DNA of 64,000 nucleotides, taken from sequence record PP777464.1, one strand, 5' to 3'. Below the pieces are notes generated by a model. The model had not been told where the DNA came from. It was given only the letters and a program-made list of their open reading frames with translations, and did no database searches. Each line of letters opens with the position of its first letter. The stretch's first letter is position 1. Shown here one piece after another: positions 38,752 to 47,772 of the stretch. The position numbers were made by a program, and so were the translations under genes.

Positions 38752-41007
38752 TTATTCAATTATACTATCGTGACGTTTTAGTGCACGAATTACAATTGCA
38801 GCCTGAATTTGTTGTGTAAATGAACCACCTGCACCAAAATCATGAACAATTTTGTTTACACGATAAACAGTTTGGTTAAATGTAGTTGGGGTATTAATAT
38901 CAAGAACACCAGTGTTATCATTTATAGAAACTACAGGTTGTAATTTCAATAAAAGATATGCTTCAGATGTAATGTAGTTTGCTACATGGTAATCTTCTGG
39001 ATTAATTTCCATATCTTCTCCATTAATTACCTGTTCAAGATATTGGATATATGAATAATCACTCCAACCTAACCAATATGGGTCACCAACTACACGCATA
39101 TCCAATTTACACAAGAATGGACGATTGTAATAGTTGTCACGAATTTTACGGCGGTCCATTTCATATGTACTACTGTTATCGTTCAATGATGCAGATAATG
39201 TTGTTTCATTATTGGTTGCTTCAGTTGGCATTGTGAATACTTCACCATATCGATGACCAATTCCATCGGTTCCACCGTCATTTTCTTCATATGTGGTTAC
39301 ATAATCTTCAATATACTGTGGTAGAACGTTTACTTGATAGTTATTATAACGATCCTGTTCTTCAGCATTACCAACCTGCATTTGTTCTCTTGCTAAAGTT
39401 TCTACTCGATTTAAAAGTTGCTCTTGTGCCTGTGTTAATATACCACCAAGATCACGTGTGACGCGTAAATCACTTGTTTTTGCCCACGCATCTGGTATAC
39501 TGTTGTACTGAACACCTTGGATATTCAATTCTTGTGATGTGTGTGTACCAGCATGGTTCGCAACGTCCTGTATTGGACCAGGGTTACGAGTTGTAGCTAC
39601 AAAGAATTGCTGATCAAACTTCAAATCAAGGTCTAGAATCTCACTATTGAGTCCACTAAACTGATAATTGTAAGTTTTCATGTTAATCTTTGGTTTTTGG
39701 TCATTTGGGTCTACATATTTCTCGGCATTTTCAAAGAAATACTCAAATGTAAAGTTTTCTGGCTGTAAATCGGATTCATGAACAATATCACCAATTTTAA
39801 AACGAACTATATAGAAAACAACTTTATAAACTGACGTGTTTCGGTAATTATCAAATCCAACATACTGTTTAAGTGGGATTATATTAACAAATTGACGAAC
39901 ACTAGTACTATCATCAGCCTGTACAGTACAGGTATCTATTACGTCATCGATAATTCGAGAAATTGGAGTACTTGGATTCCATGAAAAGTTTTTAGAACCC
40001 TGTGCACCACTTTTTGTAGCTCCAGCTTCTGCCATCTGTTTAGAATCATAGTTTATAAACAAATCCTGTAAATCTGGTGCAACTTTGAATTCAAAGAACT
40101 TCCCTTCTGCTAACTCACCAAATTTATAACGCAAATAACCATATTGCTGGTCTGCCATTTGATTCAATTTATCTTCCAAATCAAAACAAAAATCACCAAA
40201 GTTTTCTGCTGTGCAGGTAAATGGTTCTTTAAGAGTCCATTCCACATTATCCACTAGAGCCGCACGGTTATGAACAAGACTCATAGAATACAGCATAGTA
40301 CTACCACTTTGTGATGCACTAGCGGTAACACTGTTAATCTTCACGGACCATCTACGAGTTGTTTCTGGTATAGTTTCAGGTACACCATTAGTATTGAATC
40401 CAATAAATTTCAATTCTAATATCAAAGGTAAGTCCATGAACTTATGATACCTTAGTTTATTACTTAAAGAAATTAGTTCATCATATAAACTCATACTATT
40501 GTTTTCTGAAAGGTTCAGTACTGCTGTGTTGAAGCAATAGTTGGTTGTCATCCCTGGAGTTGAAGGACCAGCTTGTGTCATCTGAACACTTGTGATATTA
40601 TACTTTCCAGTTACACCACTTTCAGAGATGACATGACGTTGAACTTCAGCATCTGGGTAAAGCCAGAAGTTTTTGAAATCATCCTTGTCTAATGCGAAAA
40701 GGGAAAAGTGCCAAGTTGGATTGTCATACTTTAACAATTTATTGTCATAAGGAATAACAAACTCACTTAGATCCAAGTCTTCATACACTTGGTCAACGCT
40801 TGCACTTTGCTTTGGTAAAGACTGTACGTTACTAACCTTAGCTTTAAAATTGTTTTTTACTTTTTCAAGATCATTTTGCAAAGTATTAGCAGTGGCTTTT
40901 AAGCTTTCAATAGTACTTGTTGCAGTTTCTTTTGCTGCCTTTGCAGAACTTGTGATGTTTGAAATATCATTTTTAAAATTATCAACAGAACTTTGTAAAT
41001 CTGCCAT
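38752..41007 (-). CDS. Baseplate hub protein (gp27/phage late-control-D-like, tentative)
   Basis: 751-aa ORF upstream of gp5, with C-terminal M.V.GDPYW...YRVNKIVH.F..GG.FTQ. Confidence 0.55.
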   Translation of the reverse strand: MADLQSSVDNFKNDISNITSSAKAAKETATSTIESLKATANTLQNDLEKVKNNFKAKVSNVQSLPKQSASVDQVYEDLDLSEFVIPYDNKLLKYDNPTWHFSLFALDKDDFKNFWLYPDAEVQRHVISESGVTGKYNITSVQMTQAGPSTPGMTTNYCFNTAVLNLSENNSMSLYDELISLSNKLRYHKFMDLPLILELKFIGFNTNGVPETIPETTRRWSVKINSVTASASQSGSTMLYSMSLVHNRAALVDNVEWTLKEPFTCTAENFGDFCFDLEDKLNQMADQQYGYLRYKFGELAEGKFFEFKVAPDLQDLFINYDSKQMAEAGATKSGAQGSKNFSWNPSTPISRIIDDVIDTCTVQADDSTSVRQFVNIIPLKQYVGFDNYRNTSVYKVVFYIVRFKIGDIVHESDLQPENFTFEYFFENAEKYVDPNDQKPKINMKTYNYQFSGLNSEILDLDLKFDQQFFVATTRNPGPIQDVANHAGTHTSQELNIQGVQYNSIPDAWAKTSDLRVTRDLGGILTQAQEQLLNRVETLAREQMQVGNAEEQDRYNNYQVNVLPQYIEDYVTTYEENDGGTDGIGHRYGEVFTMPTEATNNETTLSASLNDNSSTYEMDRRKIRDNYYNRPFLCKLDMRVVGDPYWLGWSDYSYIQYLEQVINGEDMEINPEDYHVANYITSEAYLLLKLQPVVSINDNTGVLDINTPTTFNQTVYRVNKIVHDFGAGGSFTQQIQAAIVIRALKRHDSIIE

Positions 41008-41018
41008 ACTTTACTCCA

Positions 41019-41333
41019 TTAACCTATGTTACGAGTACCGTTCAAATAGTTTTGCACTCGTTGATTTGAGGGAACACGAATTGTGATACCACTATTAAAA
41101 TTGTATATTGGGTCTTCTCCTAATATATCAGGATTCAATAGGGCAAATACATAATACAGACGTTCATTACCATACATTTCGTATGCTAAACGCCAAGGTT
41201 GATGCTCATACTTCAATGGAATTACATAGAAGTCGTCAGTATCAGCAGGAACCATATCACGTGGTAAATTGTAACCAAGATACCACGTTTGTTTAACCTT
41301 TGCATAAGGAGAGTATTGACTATAATTGGACAT
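41019..41333 (-). CDS. Baseplate wedge gp53-like (LysM-fold) protein
   Basis: PWRLAYEMYGNERLYYVFALLN..DPIYNF.SG.TIRVP. Confidence 0.7.
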   Translation of the reverse strand: MSNYSQYSPYAKVKQTWYLGYNLPRDMVPADTDDFYVIPLKYEHQPWRLAYEMYGNERLYYVFALLNPDILGEDPIYNFNSGITIRVPSNQRVQNYLNGTRNIG

Positions 41334-42064
41334 TAGATAAATCCTCCATTACGTAATAGTTCACCACGCTTAAATGCATTTAGGTTGAACTTTTTAGTCA
41401 TGTAATCAGATGTTGGTTGTTCTTCAAGTTGAAGCGTTACCGATATTTTCTGTGGAACCCATACCTCATCTTGTGGATTCATATATCCAGTACTTCTAAG
41501 CTGTTCGAAGAATTTACGACTATCCATATCAGATAAATTAAAAGTACTATCACTACTATTCAATGGAACCTGAATGTAAGAAACATCATTTGGATATGTA
41601 AAATTATATGCTTTCAAAATAACAGGAATATCATTATATGTATAACGACCATACCCACTTAATAGTAAAATTGGCGGTGGTGCACCTGCAATTGCTAGTT
41701 CGGGATTATTAGCAGATGCTGCTTGACGACCAAAGTCCATTAAGGACACGGAACGAATAAAATGAACACAAGCCAATGCATACATTGCTTCAGCAGCAGT
41801 GTTCGCATAAAACTCACCTTGAATAGTGAAAACAGTGTTTGTTGTATTCTTGTAGTTGTTGTAGTTACTGTTAGTATGTATAGGGGACTGTGTTTCATAT
41901 TGAACCGACCTTTGTTCAGTTACAGTTGGGGTTACAGTCCAAACCAAACCATTTGTTGGACGCAGAAACGATAGCAATGTTGGTTCTGAACTGTTGCCAA
42001 AATCACCATACACATAGTTAGCACCTGCGGTTTTAGGTCTTAATCGGATTCTACGATCAATCAT
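41333..42064 (-). CDS. Tail tube initiator / baseplate cap (gp48/gp54-like)
   Basis: GAPPPILLLSGYGRYTYNDIPVILKAYNFTYP.DVSY...WVP...V.LQL. Start moved to ATG 42064 (SD GGAG). Confidence 0.6.
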   Translation of the reverse strand: MIDRRIRLRPKTAGANYVYGDFGNSSEPTLLSFLRPTNGLVWTVTPTVTEQRSVQYETQSPIHTNSNYNNYKNTTNTVFTIQGEFYANTAAEAMYALACVHFIRSVSLMDFGRQAASANNPELAIAGAPPPILLLSGYGRYTYNDIPVILKAYNFTYPNDVSYIQVPLNSSDSTFNLSDMDSRKFFEQLRSTGYMNPQDEVWVPQKISVTLQLEEQPTSDYMTKKFNLNAFKRGELLRNGGFI

Positions 42065-42099
42065 CTTTTTGATTCTCCATAAGAAGGGAACATTTGATG

Positions 42100-42107
42100 T
42101 ATTTATA
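42100..42107 (-). promoter_or_regulatory. T4-consensus late promoter TATAAATA for the baseplate operon
   Basis: Exact T4 late consensus ~35 nt upstream of the start. Confidence 0.75.
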
Positions 42108-42110
42108 CGT

Positions 42111-42138
42111 GGGACAAAGACGTTTTTGGTGCTATAAT
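42111..42138 (+). promoter_or_regulatory. Early/middle sigma70-type promoter for gp55-gp47-gp46
   Basis: GGGACA-N16-TATAAT with extended TG. Confidence 0.65.
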
Positions 42139-42195
42139 AACATTGATGGTACAAGGAATGTACCTATTGGATTTAAAACATGGAGAGTTGAAATA

Positions 42196-43035
42196 ATGAC
42201 AAATAGGCCGAAGCGTAAAAAGTATCTTAACAATGCTGATTTACTTCGTGAGATACAAAAAAGTAAAATCTCATATTGCTGGTTACTTGATAAGTGCTAC
42301 AGTATGTACGATTATATCGTTTTTGATGAATCCGAAATTACAGCAGAACTTTTAGATAAAGCTAAAGCAGCACGTATTAAACGTCTCAACAATGAAATGC
42401 TTGATGCAATTCGTGAAAAAGAAGGTATGAGTGCGAAGAAAGCGAAGGAATACGCAGATGAGCACAATTTAGTACTGACTGATGTACCTATCGATGAGGT
42501 GGTTATTCGTGTAATTACCGATGAACATATCCCAGCAGATACAAGAGTTAATTTTGAACCATTCAAACATTACATTGTAGATGAAGAAGGTATTCTGTAC
42601 GAAGTCGTTCGTTCTCACTGGAAAGGTGATCTTGAAGACGGAGAATTCAGTACTGTTCATGGTAAAATCACTAATGAACTAGGTAAAATGTTCATTAAAC
42701 TGGCAGAGGAAATCTCACACAAATCCAACTATAGAAACTATACATATTTGGATGAAATGATGGGTGATGCCAGAATACAATTAGTTAAAAACGCACTTCT
42801 CTTTAAAGAGAGTATTCTTTACAAAAAAGATAAACCAGCAGTACAGTTGAATCCTTTCTCTTACTATACTTCGTTCGTTAACAATAGTTTCCGTTCGATT
42901 CTTAATAGTGAGAAAAATGTTCGTAACATCCGAGACGATTTACTTGAGATGCATGGTTTTACACCATCACACACTCGTCAAATCGAAATTGAAATGAACA
43001 TGATTGAAAGGAAAAACGAAGATGGCTCTATTTGA
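42196..43035 (+). CDS. gp55: Late-transcription sigma factor (T4 gp55-like) with internal insertion
   Basis: KYLNNADLLREI, ITNELGKMFIKLAEEIS.K.NYR.Y..EMM.DA, NPFSYYTS.V.NSF..IL..EK. Start moved to ATG 42196. Confidence 0.85.
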   Translation: MTNRPKRKKYLNNADLLREIQKSKISYCWLLDKCYSMYDYIVFDESEITAELLDKAKAARIKRLNNEMLDAIREKEGMSAKKAKEYADEHNLVLTDVPIDEVVIRVITDEHIPADTRVNFEPFKHYIVDEEGILYEVVRSHWKGDLEDGEFSTVHGKITNELGKMFIKLAEEISHKSNYRNYTYLDEMMGDARIQLVKNALLFKESILYKKDKPAVQLNPFSYYTSFVNNSFRSILNSEKNVRNIRDDLLEMHGFTPSHTRQIEIEMNMIERKNEDGSI

Positions 43036-44053
43036 TAAAGCAATTACATTTACTGATATTCATTTAGGATTAAAGAATAACAGCAAGCAGCACAACGAAG
43101 ATTGTTTGAACTTCATCAAGTTTATGATTGAACTTGCTAAGAAAAATGGTATTACTGTATGCGTGTTTATGGGAGATTACTTCCATAACCGCAGTAATAT
43201 TAACATTCAAACATTAAACTATGGTTTACAAATTCTACAATTACTAAATGACAACTTTGATAAGGTTTACTTCTTAGTTGGGAACCATGACATGTATCAT
43301 AAAAATAAACGTGACATTACTAGTATTAATATGGCACAAGTTTATGAGAACATCGAGTTCATTAATGAAATCACAACATTTGATGATTGTACTTTCATTC
43401 CATTTATGATTGAAGATGAATACAAAGTTCTACCTCAACTTAAAAGTAAGTATGTTTTTGGTCACTTAGAGTTACCTGGCTACTTGCTTAATAAAATGGT
43501 TGAGATGCCAGATCATGGTAAAGAGACTGAAGGTTCTTTTGGTGGTTGTGAGTATGTTTTTAGTGGGCATTTCCACAAGAGACAAGCAAAAACAACATCC
43601 AAAGGAACTCGTGTAATTTACACAGGTAACTGTTTCCCACATAACTTTTCTGATACATGGGATGATGCAAGAGGTGTGATGATTTTAGAACATGGTAAAG
43701 AACCAACTTTCCATTCTTGGTCAGAAGCACCAAAATATAGAACATTTACACTTTCAGAACTATTAACAGATCCAAGTTACTATCTTCAAGACAATACTAT
43801 TTCAAAGGTTCAAGTTGATATTGCTATCACTACTGATGAGATTAGTTTTATTCGTGATACTTTTACTAAACTTTATAACATTCGTGAGTTTAACGTTGTT
43901 ACTAGCAAGCAAAGTATCAAAGAACTTATTGAAGATGGTGAAAGCTTTGAAAGTACTGAGTCAGTTGATGAGATTGTGTTACAACAAATCATGGAAATTG
44001 ATTCACCTATGTTCGATAAAAATCTTCTAATCCAAATTTACAGATCACTATAA
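43022..44053 (+). CDS. gp47: Recombination endonuclease subunit (gp47, Mre11/SbcD-like)
   Basis: TDIH, GDYFHNR, GNHD, GHLE and SGHFH metallophosphoesterase motifs. Confidence 0.93.
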   Translation: MALFDKAITFTDIHLGLKNNSKQHNEDCLNFIKFMIELAKKNGITVCVFMGDYFHNRSNINIQTLNYGLQILQLLNDNFDKVYFLVGNHDMYHKNKRDITSINMAQVYENIEFINEITTFDDCTFIPFMIEDEYKVLPQLKSKYVFGHLELPGYLLNKMVEMPDHGKETEGSFGGCEYVFSGHFHKRQAKTTSKGTRVIYTGNCFPHNFSDTWDDARGVMILEHGKEPTFHSWSEAPKYRTFTLSELLTDPSYYLQDNTISKVQVDIAITTDEISFIRDTFTKLYNIREFNVVTSKQSIKELIEDGESFESTESVDEIVLQQIMEIDSPMFDKNLLIQIYRSL

Positions 44054-44065
44054 GGGAAATTTATT

Positions 44066-46213
44066 GTGCTAAACATTACACGTATATCAATGAGGAACTT
44101 CTTTTCATTTGGCAATGCACCACAAGTAATTGATTTGTCTGGTGCTGATATATCGTTAGTTCTTGGTCAAAACAATGATGCAGTTATTGAAGGTGGTGAT
44201 AGTTCCGGTCGCCGTAATGGTGTTGGTAAAAGTGCCATCATTCAAGGTTTAGTTTTTGGTTTGTTTGGAAAAAGTATTGGTAACGATATCAAAATTCCAA
44301 ACTTAGTTAATAAAACTAATGCTAAAAACTGTGAAGTATCTGTTGAGTTCGAGAAAGATGGTGTACAATATCTCGTCGAGCGTGGGAGAAGTCCCACGTA
44401 TTTCAACTTTATTACATTAGGTAAAGATAATAAGGTCGAAGATGAGTCAAGAGGGGAGAAGAAAGATACACAAGAAGATCTAAACGAGATTCTTGGGATT
44501 TCTCAACTACTATTTGAACATATTGTAGTACTTAATGCTAACGTAGAGCCGTTTCTTGCATTATCATCACAGAAACAACGTGATATGATTGAGGAACTTC
44601 TGGGCATCACACAATTAACAGAGAAAGCTGAACTATTAAAGGATATGTATAAAGATTCTAAACGTTTAGCTGAACAAGAAAAGTTCAAAATTGAAACTGT
44701 GGCTGCAAGTAATGAACGTATTCAAAAAAGTATTGAATCATTACAAGAACAAGCTAACCAATTTGAGATTGATAAAAATAATAGAGTATCTAAGTTGACT
44801 GAAGAATTGAATATCTACAAAACTTTAGACTTCAACGATCTCTATGATTTGGCAGAAGTGAAAGAGAAAGCTCTTATTCATAATGCTGCTCGTGATCAAA
44901 TAGAAAGACGTGTGCAAGAGTTAGCTTTGAAGTATGATGCATATGACCGTGAACTAGCAACAGCAAAATTAGCATTAAATGTAAGTATTGATAAGCTAAA
45001 AACTATTGATATCAGTACTGAATTAGAAAATCACAATGAGTTGGAGATATGGAAACAGTTGGAGGGTATTCTAAAAGAGAATAATAACCAAAAACGTTTC
45101 AAAGAACAAAAACTTAACGCATTAAAGGTGGCTTTAAATGGTCATGAGAGTTCGTTACGTGCTGAGGTGGACAAATTAGCAACAGTGGAGAGTAGTAAAT
45201 GTCCACTTTGTATGTCCGAATTAGAACATAATGAACATACTTCGTCTATTAAAGATAAAATTCAAAATACTATTAATGAACTTCAATCGAAAATTGATAG
45301 TTCCACTTCTGAAATTGAAACAATACTTCAGGAAATTGATAGTATTGAGATTTTTGATATGCCACCTAAGCCTGTGACATTCTATTCTACACTAACTGAA
45401 GCACAAATGCATGAGCATAAGCTTCAAGAACTTATTAAAAAGAGTGAAGAAGAGCAAATTAACATCTATGCTAATGAACTTATGTCATCATATGAAGAAC
45501 TGAACGCACATGTTCTTCAAGAAGTACCAGATACATTGAATAAATCTGAAGTAAAAGAGTTAGAAATGACAGTAACTTCATTATCGCAGCAATTAGATCG
45601 TGAATTGAAAACTACTAACACATTTATTGGACAAATTAATACACTTACGACCGATTCATTAGTACCAATCGACTATAGTGACTATAATAACCTTGATAAG
45701 ATGGCAAATCACCAAGATTTCTTGGTTAAATTGTTGTTAAACAAGGATTCTTATGTCCGTAAGCGTATTATTGAACAAAACATTTCGTATCTGAATACAC
45801 GTCTTCAATATTACATTGATATGTGTGGTTCTGAACATAATGTTGTGTTCTTGAATGATTTGAGTGTAGAAATTGAGAAAAGTGGTCAGTACTTTGACTA
45901 TAAACAGCTTAGTCGCGGTGAGCGTACAAGGGTAAACATTGCTTTATCTTGTGCTTTCCGTGATACATATGAGTCATTGTATCAAAGTATCAATATTCTT
46001 ATCATTGATGAGATGATTGACCAAGGTCTTGATTCAAGTGGTGTTCTTCGCGTGTGGTCTATCTTCCAAGATATGGCTGCTGTGCGTGGTAAGAATGTAT
46101 ATGCCATTTCTCACAGAGAAGAATTGCTTTCTAAGACTGAGAAAATCCTAAAAGTAGTTAAAGAGGATGGTTTCAGTACTGTTGAGTATACAACTCTTGA
46201 TGATGTATTCTAA
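44066..46213 (+). CDS. gp46: Recombination endonuclease subunit (gp46, Rad50/SbcC-like)
   Basis: GRRNGVGKS, CPLC zinc hook, LSRGE signature, IIDE, ISH. GTG start. Confidence 0.93.
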   Translation: MLNITRISMRNFFSFGNAPQVIDLSGADISLVLGQNNDAVIEGGDSSGRRNGVGKSAIIQGLVFGLFGKSIGNDIKIPNLVNKTNAKNCEVSVEFEKDGVQYLVERGRSPTYFNFITLGKDNKVEDESRGEKKDTQEDLNEILGISQLLFEHIVVLNANVEPFLALSSQKQRDMIEELLGITQLTEKAELLKDMYKDSKRLAEQEKFKIETVAASNERIQKSIESLQEQANQFEIDKNNRVSKLTEELNIYKTLDFNDLYDLAEVKEKALIHNAARDQIERRVQELALKYDAYDRELATAKLALNVSIDKLKTIDISTELENHNELEIWKQLEGILKENNNQKRFKEQKLNALKVALNGHESSLRAEVDKLATVESSKCPLCMSELEHNEHTSSIKDKIQNTINELQSKIDSSTSEIETILQEIDSIEIFDMPPKPVTFYSTLTEAQMHEHKLQELIKKSEEEQINIYANELMSSYEELNAHVLQEVPDTLNKSEVKELEMTVTSLSQQLDRELKTTNTFIGQINTLTTDSLVPIDYSDYNNLDKMANHQDFLVKLLLNKDSYVRKRIIEQNISYLNTRLQYYIDMCGSEHNVVFLNDLSVEIEKSGQYFDYKQLSRGERTRVNIALSCAFRDTYESLYQSINILIIDEMIDQGLDSSGVLRVWSIFQDMAAVRGKNVYAISHREELLSKTEKILKVVKEDGFSTVEYTTLDDVF

Positions 46214-46221
46214 TTAAAAGG

Positions 46222-46247
46222 AAAGGGAGCCTTAGCTCCCTTTTTTT
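46222..46247. terminator. Bidirectional terminator
   Basis: AAAGGGAGC-ctta-GCTCCCTTTTTTT. The endonuclease VII stop codon lies in the loop. Confidence 0.88.
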
Positions 46248-46723
46248 ATATCTACCATATTTAATTTGCCTTCCTTGATAAGCTTTCTGGCTTGCTTAAC
46301 ACGAGCAGCATTGTTTGCACCAGGGATAACACCTAACTCTTCCAGTATTGCATTCTGTTGTCCTGCTGGGAGCCTTTTAAACTTATTCGTATCGATTGTT
46401 AGTGCAGTGTGATGTATAACTTGCTCATCTTCAGGAATGCTGTTATTACGCTCCAGATAATCCGCAAGATTTCGTAGTACCTCGTATAAGGGTTTATCGG
46501 TTAAGTGCTTCATATAGCGATTAAAGCTGTTCTGTACTTTACCTTCCCATGCGTTCACTTCGTTCTGGAGAACTTCACGACAGTGTTGATTCTCGAAGTG
46601 ATAGTGATCAAGTACTGGCTTAGTGATTGGTTCCTTAATTATAGGATCAATTCCTTTTTGCTTCTTTAGTAATTCATTTCGATAGTTTGCAGCTTCTTTA
46701 CTATCTTTTAATCTTTTCTTCAT
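46232..46723 (-). CDS. gp49: Endonuclease VII (Holliday junction resolvase, gp49-like) lacking the Zn-binding cysteines
   Basis: LDH.H...C R.VL..EVNAWEGKV...FNR and L.NLADYL align with recalled T4 gp49. Late promoter CATAAATA at 46754-46761. Confidence 0.8.
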   Translation of the reverse strand: MKKRLKDSKEAANYRNELLKKQKGIDPIIKEPITKPVLDHYHFENQHCREVLQNEVNAWEGKVQNSFNRYMKHLTDKPLYEVLRNLADYLERNNSIPEDEQVIHHTALTIDTNKFKRLPAGQQNAILEELGVIPGANNAARVKQARKLIKEGKLNMVDIKKGS

Positions 46724-46817
46724 AAATCCCCACTAAACTAATTCTTATCAAAATATTTATGCGTTACTTCAATGTTCAAGAATTATGTACTTTTTATAAA
46801 TTTTTTATCATAATAGT

Positions 46818-46845
46818 GAGACACTTTTGAATTTGGTGCTATAAT
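46818..46845 (+). promoter_or_regulatory. sigma70-type promoter driving a non-coding transcript
   Basis: GAGACA-N16-TATAAT. The 14-mer TTTGGTGCTATAAT is identical to that in the gp55 promoter. Confidence 0.7.
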
Positions 46846-46851
46846 GTTAAT

Positions 46852-47304
46852 TGTAGTGATGACAATCCTGTTGAATGCAGAAATGCATATAAATTAGAAC
46901 CTGATCCTATCGAAAATGTAGATGGCAGATGAGCAGTTCAACAGTGCGATGAGCAGAAGAAACCCGTTAGATGTGGGCATAGTTTGAACCCCTCACGGCG
47001 ACACGGCTCAATAAAGAACTCCGATAAGCATACAGAGAGTTCCTCGATAGATGTATAAGGATCGCACCTTACCAGATTTGCTAAGGGAGTTTATTAAGTG
47101 ATTTAATAAACAGCCTGAAGTTTGATTGTATAGACTTTCAGGTGAGTGTCAGGATGATTAAGACTGACGACCGTTGCACATGACTGCGATAGAGAGAAAC
47201 AGAGCAACCCGCTTTCGTTCTTAATGAATTTTAAGAAATTCGCAATACAATAAATGCTGAAACCATCAGCGTCAAGAATTAAGAGACTTAATTGTCTCTT
47301 TTTT
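46852..47304 (+). ncRNA. Candidate large structured non-coding RNA (~450 nt), family unknown
   Basis: Bounded by a promoter and a terminator, with no credible ORF or SD. Core ~50% GC (59/120 at 46921-47040). More than 10 hairpins and long-range pairings (see findings). Confidence 0.55.
47281..47304 (+). terminator. Rho-independent terminator ending the candidate ncRNA
   Basis: AAGAGAC-ttaatt-GTCTCTT-TTTT. Confidence 0.8.
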
Positions 47305-47310
47305 ATTGTC

Positions 47311-47510
47311 TTCATTCCCCTGCGGGGGGATGAAAATGTCTTCAACAAATCCCGTCAAGTATTAAATCTTTTAAAGTTCTTTATAATTAATTATAAGAAA
47401 TGAATATGAGTTACGTAGTAACGAATATTCTTCAGCTAACGAATGAAATGAGTTAGATGAGTTCACTATAAAATAATTAATTCCTTTCATAATTCAATTC
47501 AATCAATTCT
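47311..47510. repeat. Cluster of inverted repeats and AT-rich DNA
   Basis: 10-bp hairpin TTCATTCCCC-tgcg-GGGGGATGAA (47311-47334), perfect palindrome TTATAATTAATTATAA (47381-47396), GAATAT..GTTAC-gta-GTAAC..ATATTC (47402-47430), and AATTC repeats (47491-47509). Confidence 0.75.
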
Positions 47511-47523
47511 GTAGTTTAAAACC

Positions 47524-47551
47524 AAAAAAAAAACCAGCAACAATGTGCTGG
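47524..47551 (-). terminator. Terminator after gp51
   Basis: CCAGCA-cattgt-TGCTGG-T10 on the minus strand. Confidence 0.85.
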
Positions 47552-47562
47552 CTCCTTGTGAG

Positions 47563-47772
47563 TTAGTGCTTCTCGTTTTGTTTTTTAATTTTCTTATTAA
47601 AAGACTTAACTAATAAGTCTCTATCAATTAGTGGCATATTAAGTAGTGTTCCGTAATCAACACTTTCCATATAAACAGAACACTCCATTAATGCAGTTTT
47701 AATATCTGACTTATTCAACTCAAATTCCTTAAGTACTTCTTGTATTTCTTCAGGAGATGAGTGGAGAAGCAT
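47563..47772 (-). CDS. Baseplate hub assembly catalyst (gp51-like)
   Basis: 69 aa, LLNMPLIDRDLLVKSFNKKIKKQNE, directly downstream of the gp26-like gene. Confidence 0.6.
   Translation of the reverse strand: MLLHSSPEEIQEVLKEFELNKSDIKTALMECSVYMESVDYGTLLNMPLIDRDLLVKSFNKKIKKQNEKH

Noticed and set aside
46852-47304. Identification of the island as tmRNA, RNase P RNA, a tRNA cluster or a group I intron
   Set aside because: No GGGGCTG/CCACCA ends, no GAGGAAAGUCC, no cloverleaf, and no flanking exons or clear P7 pair. Partial likenesses (CAGTTCAACAG; ACAGAGCAACCCGCTT) are too weak to assign.
47103-47348. 81-aa minus-strand ORF in the non-coding island
   Set aside because: No SD or recognisable motif, atypical composition, and it overlaps the + strand terminator and hairpins.
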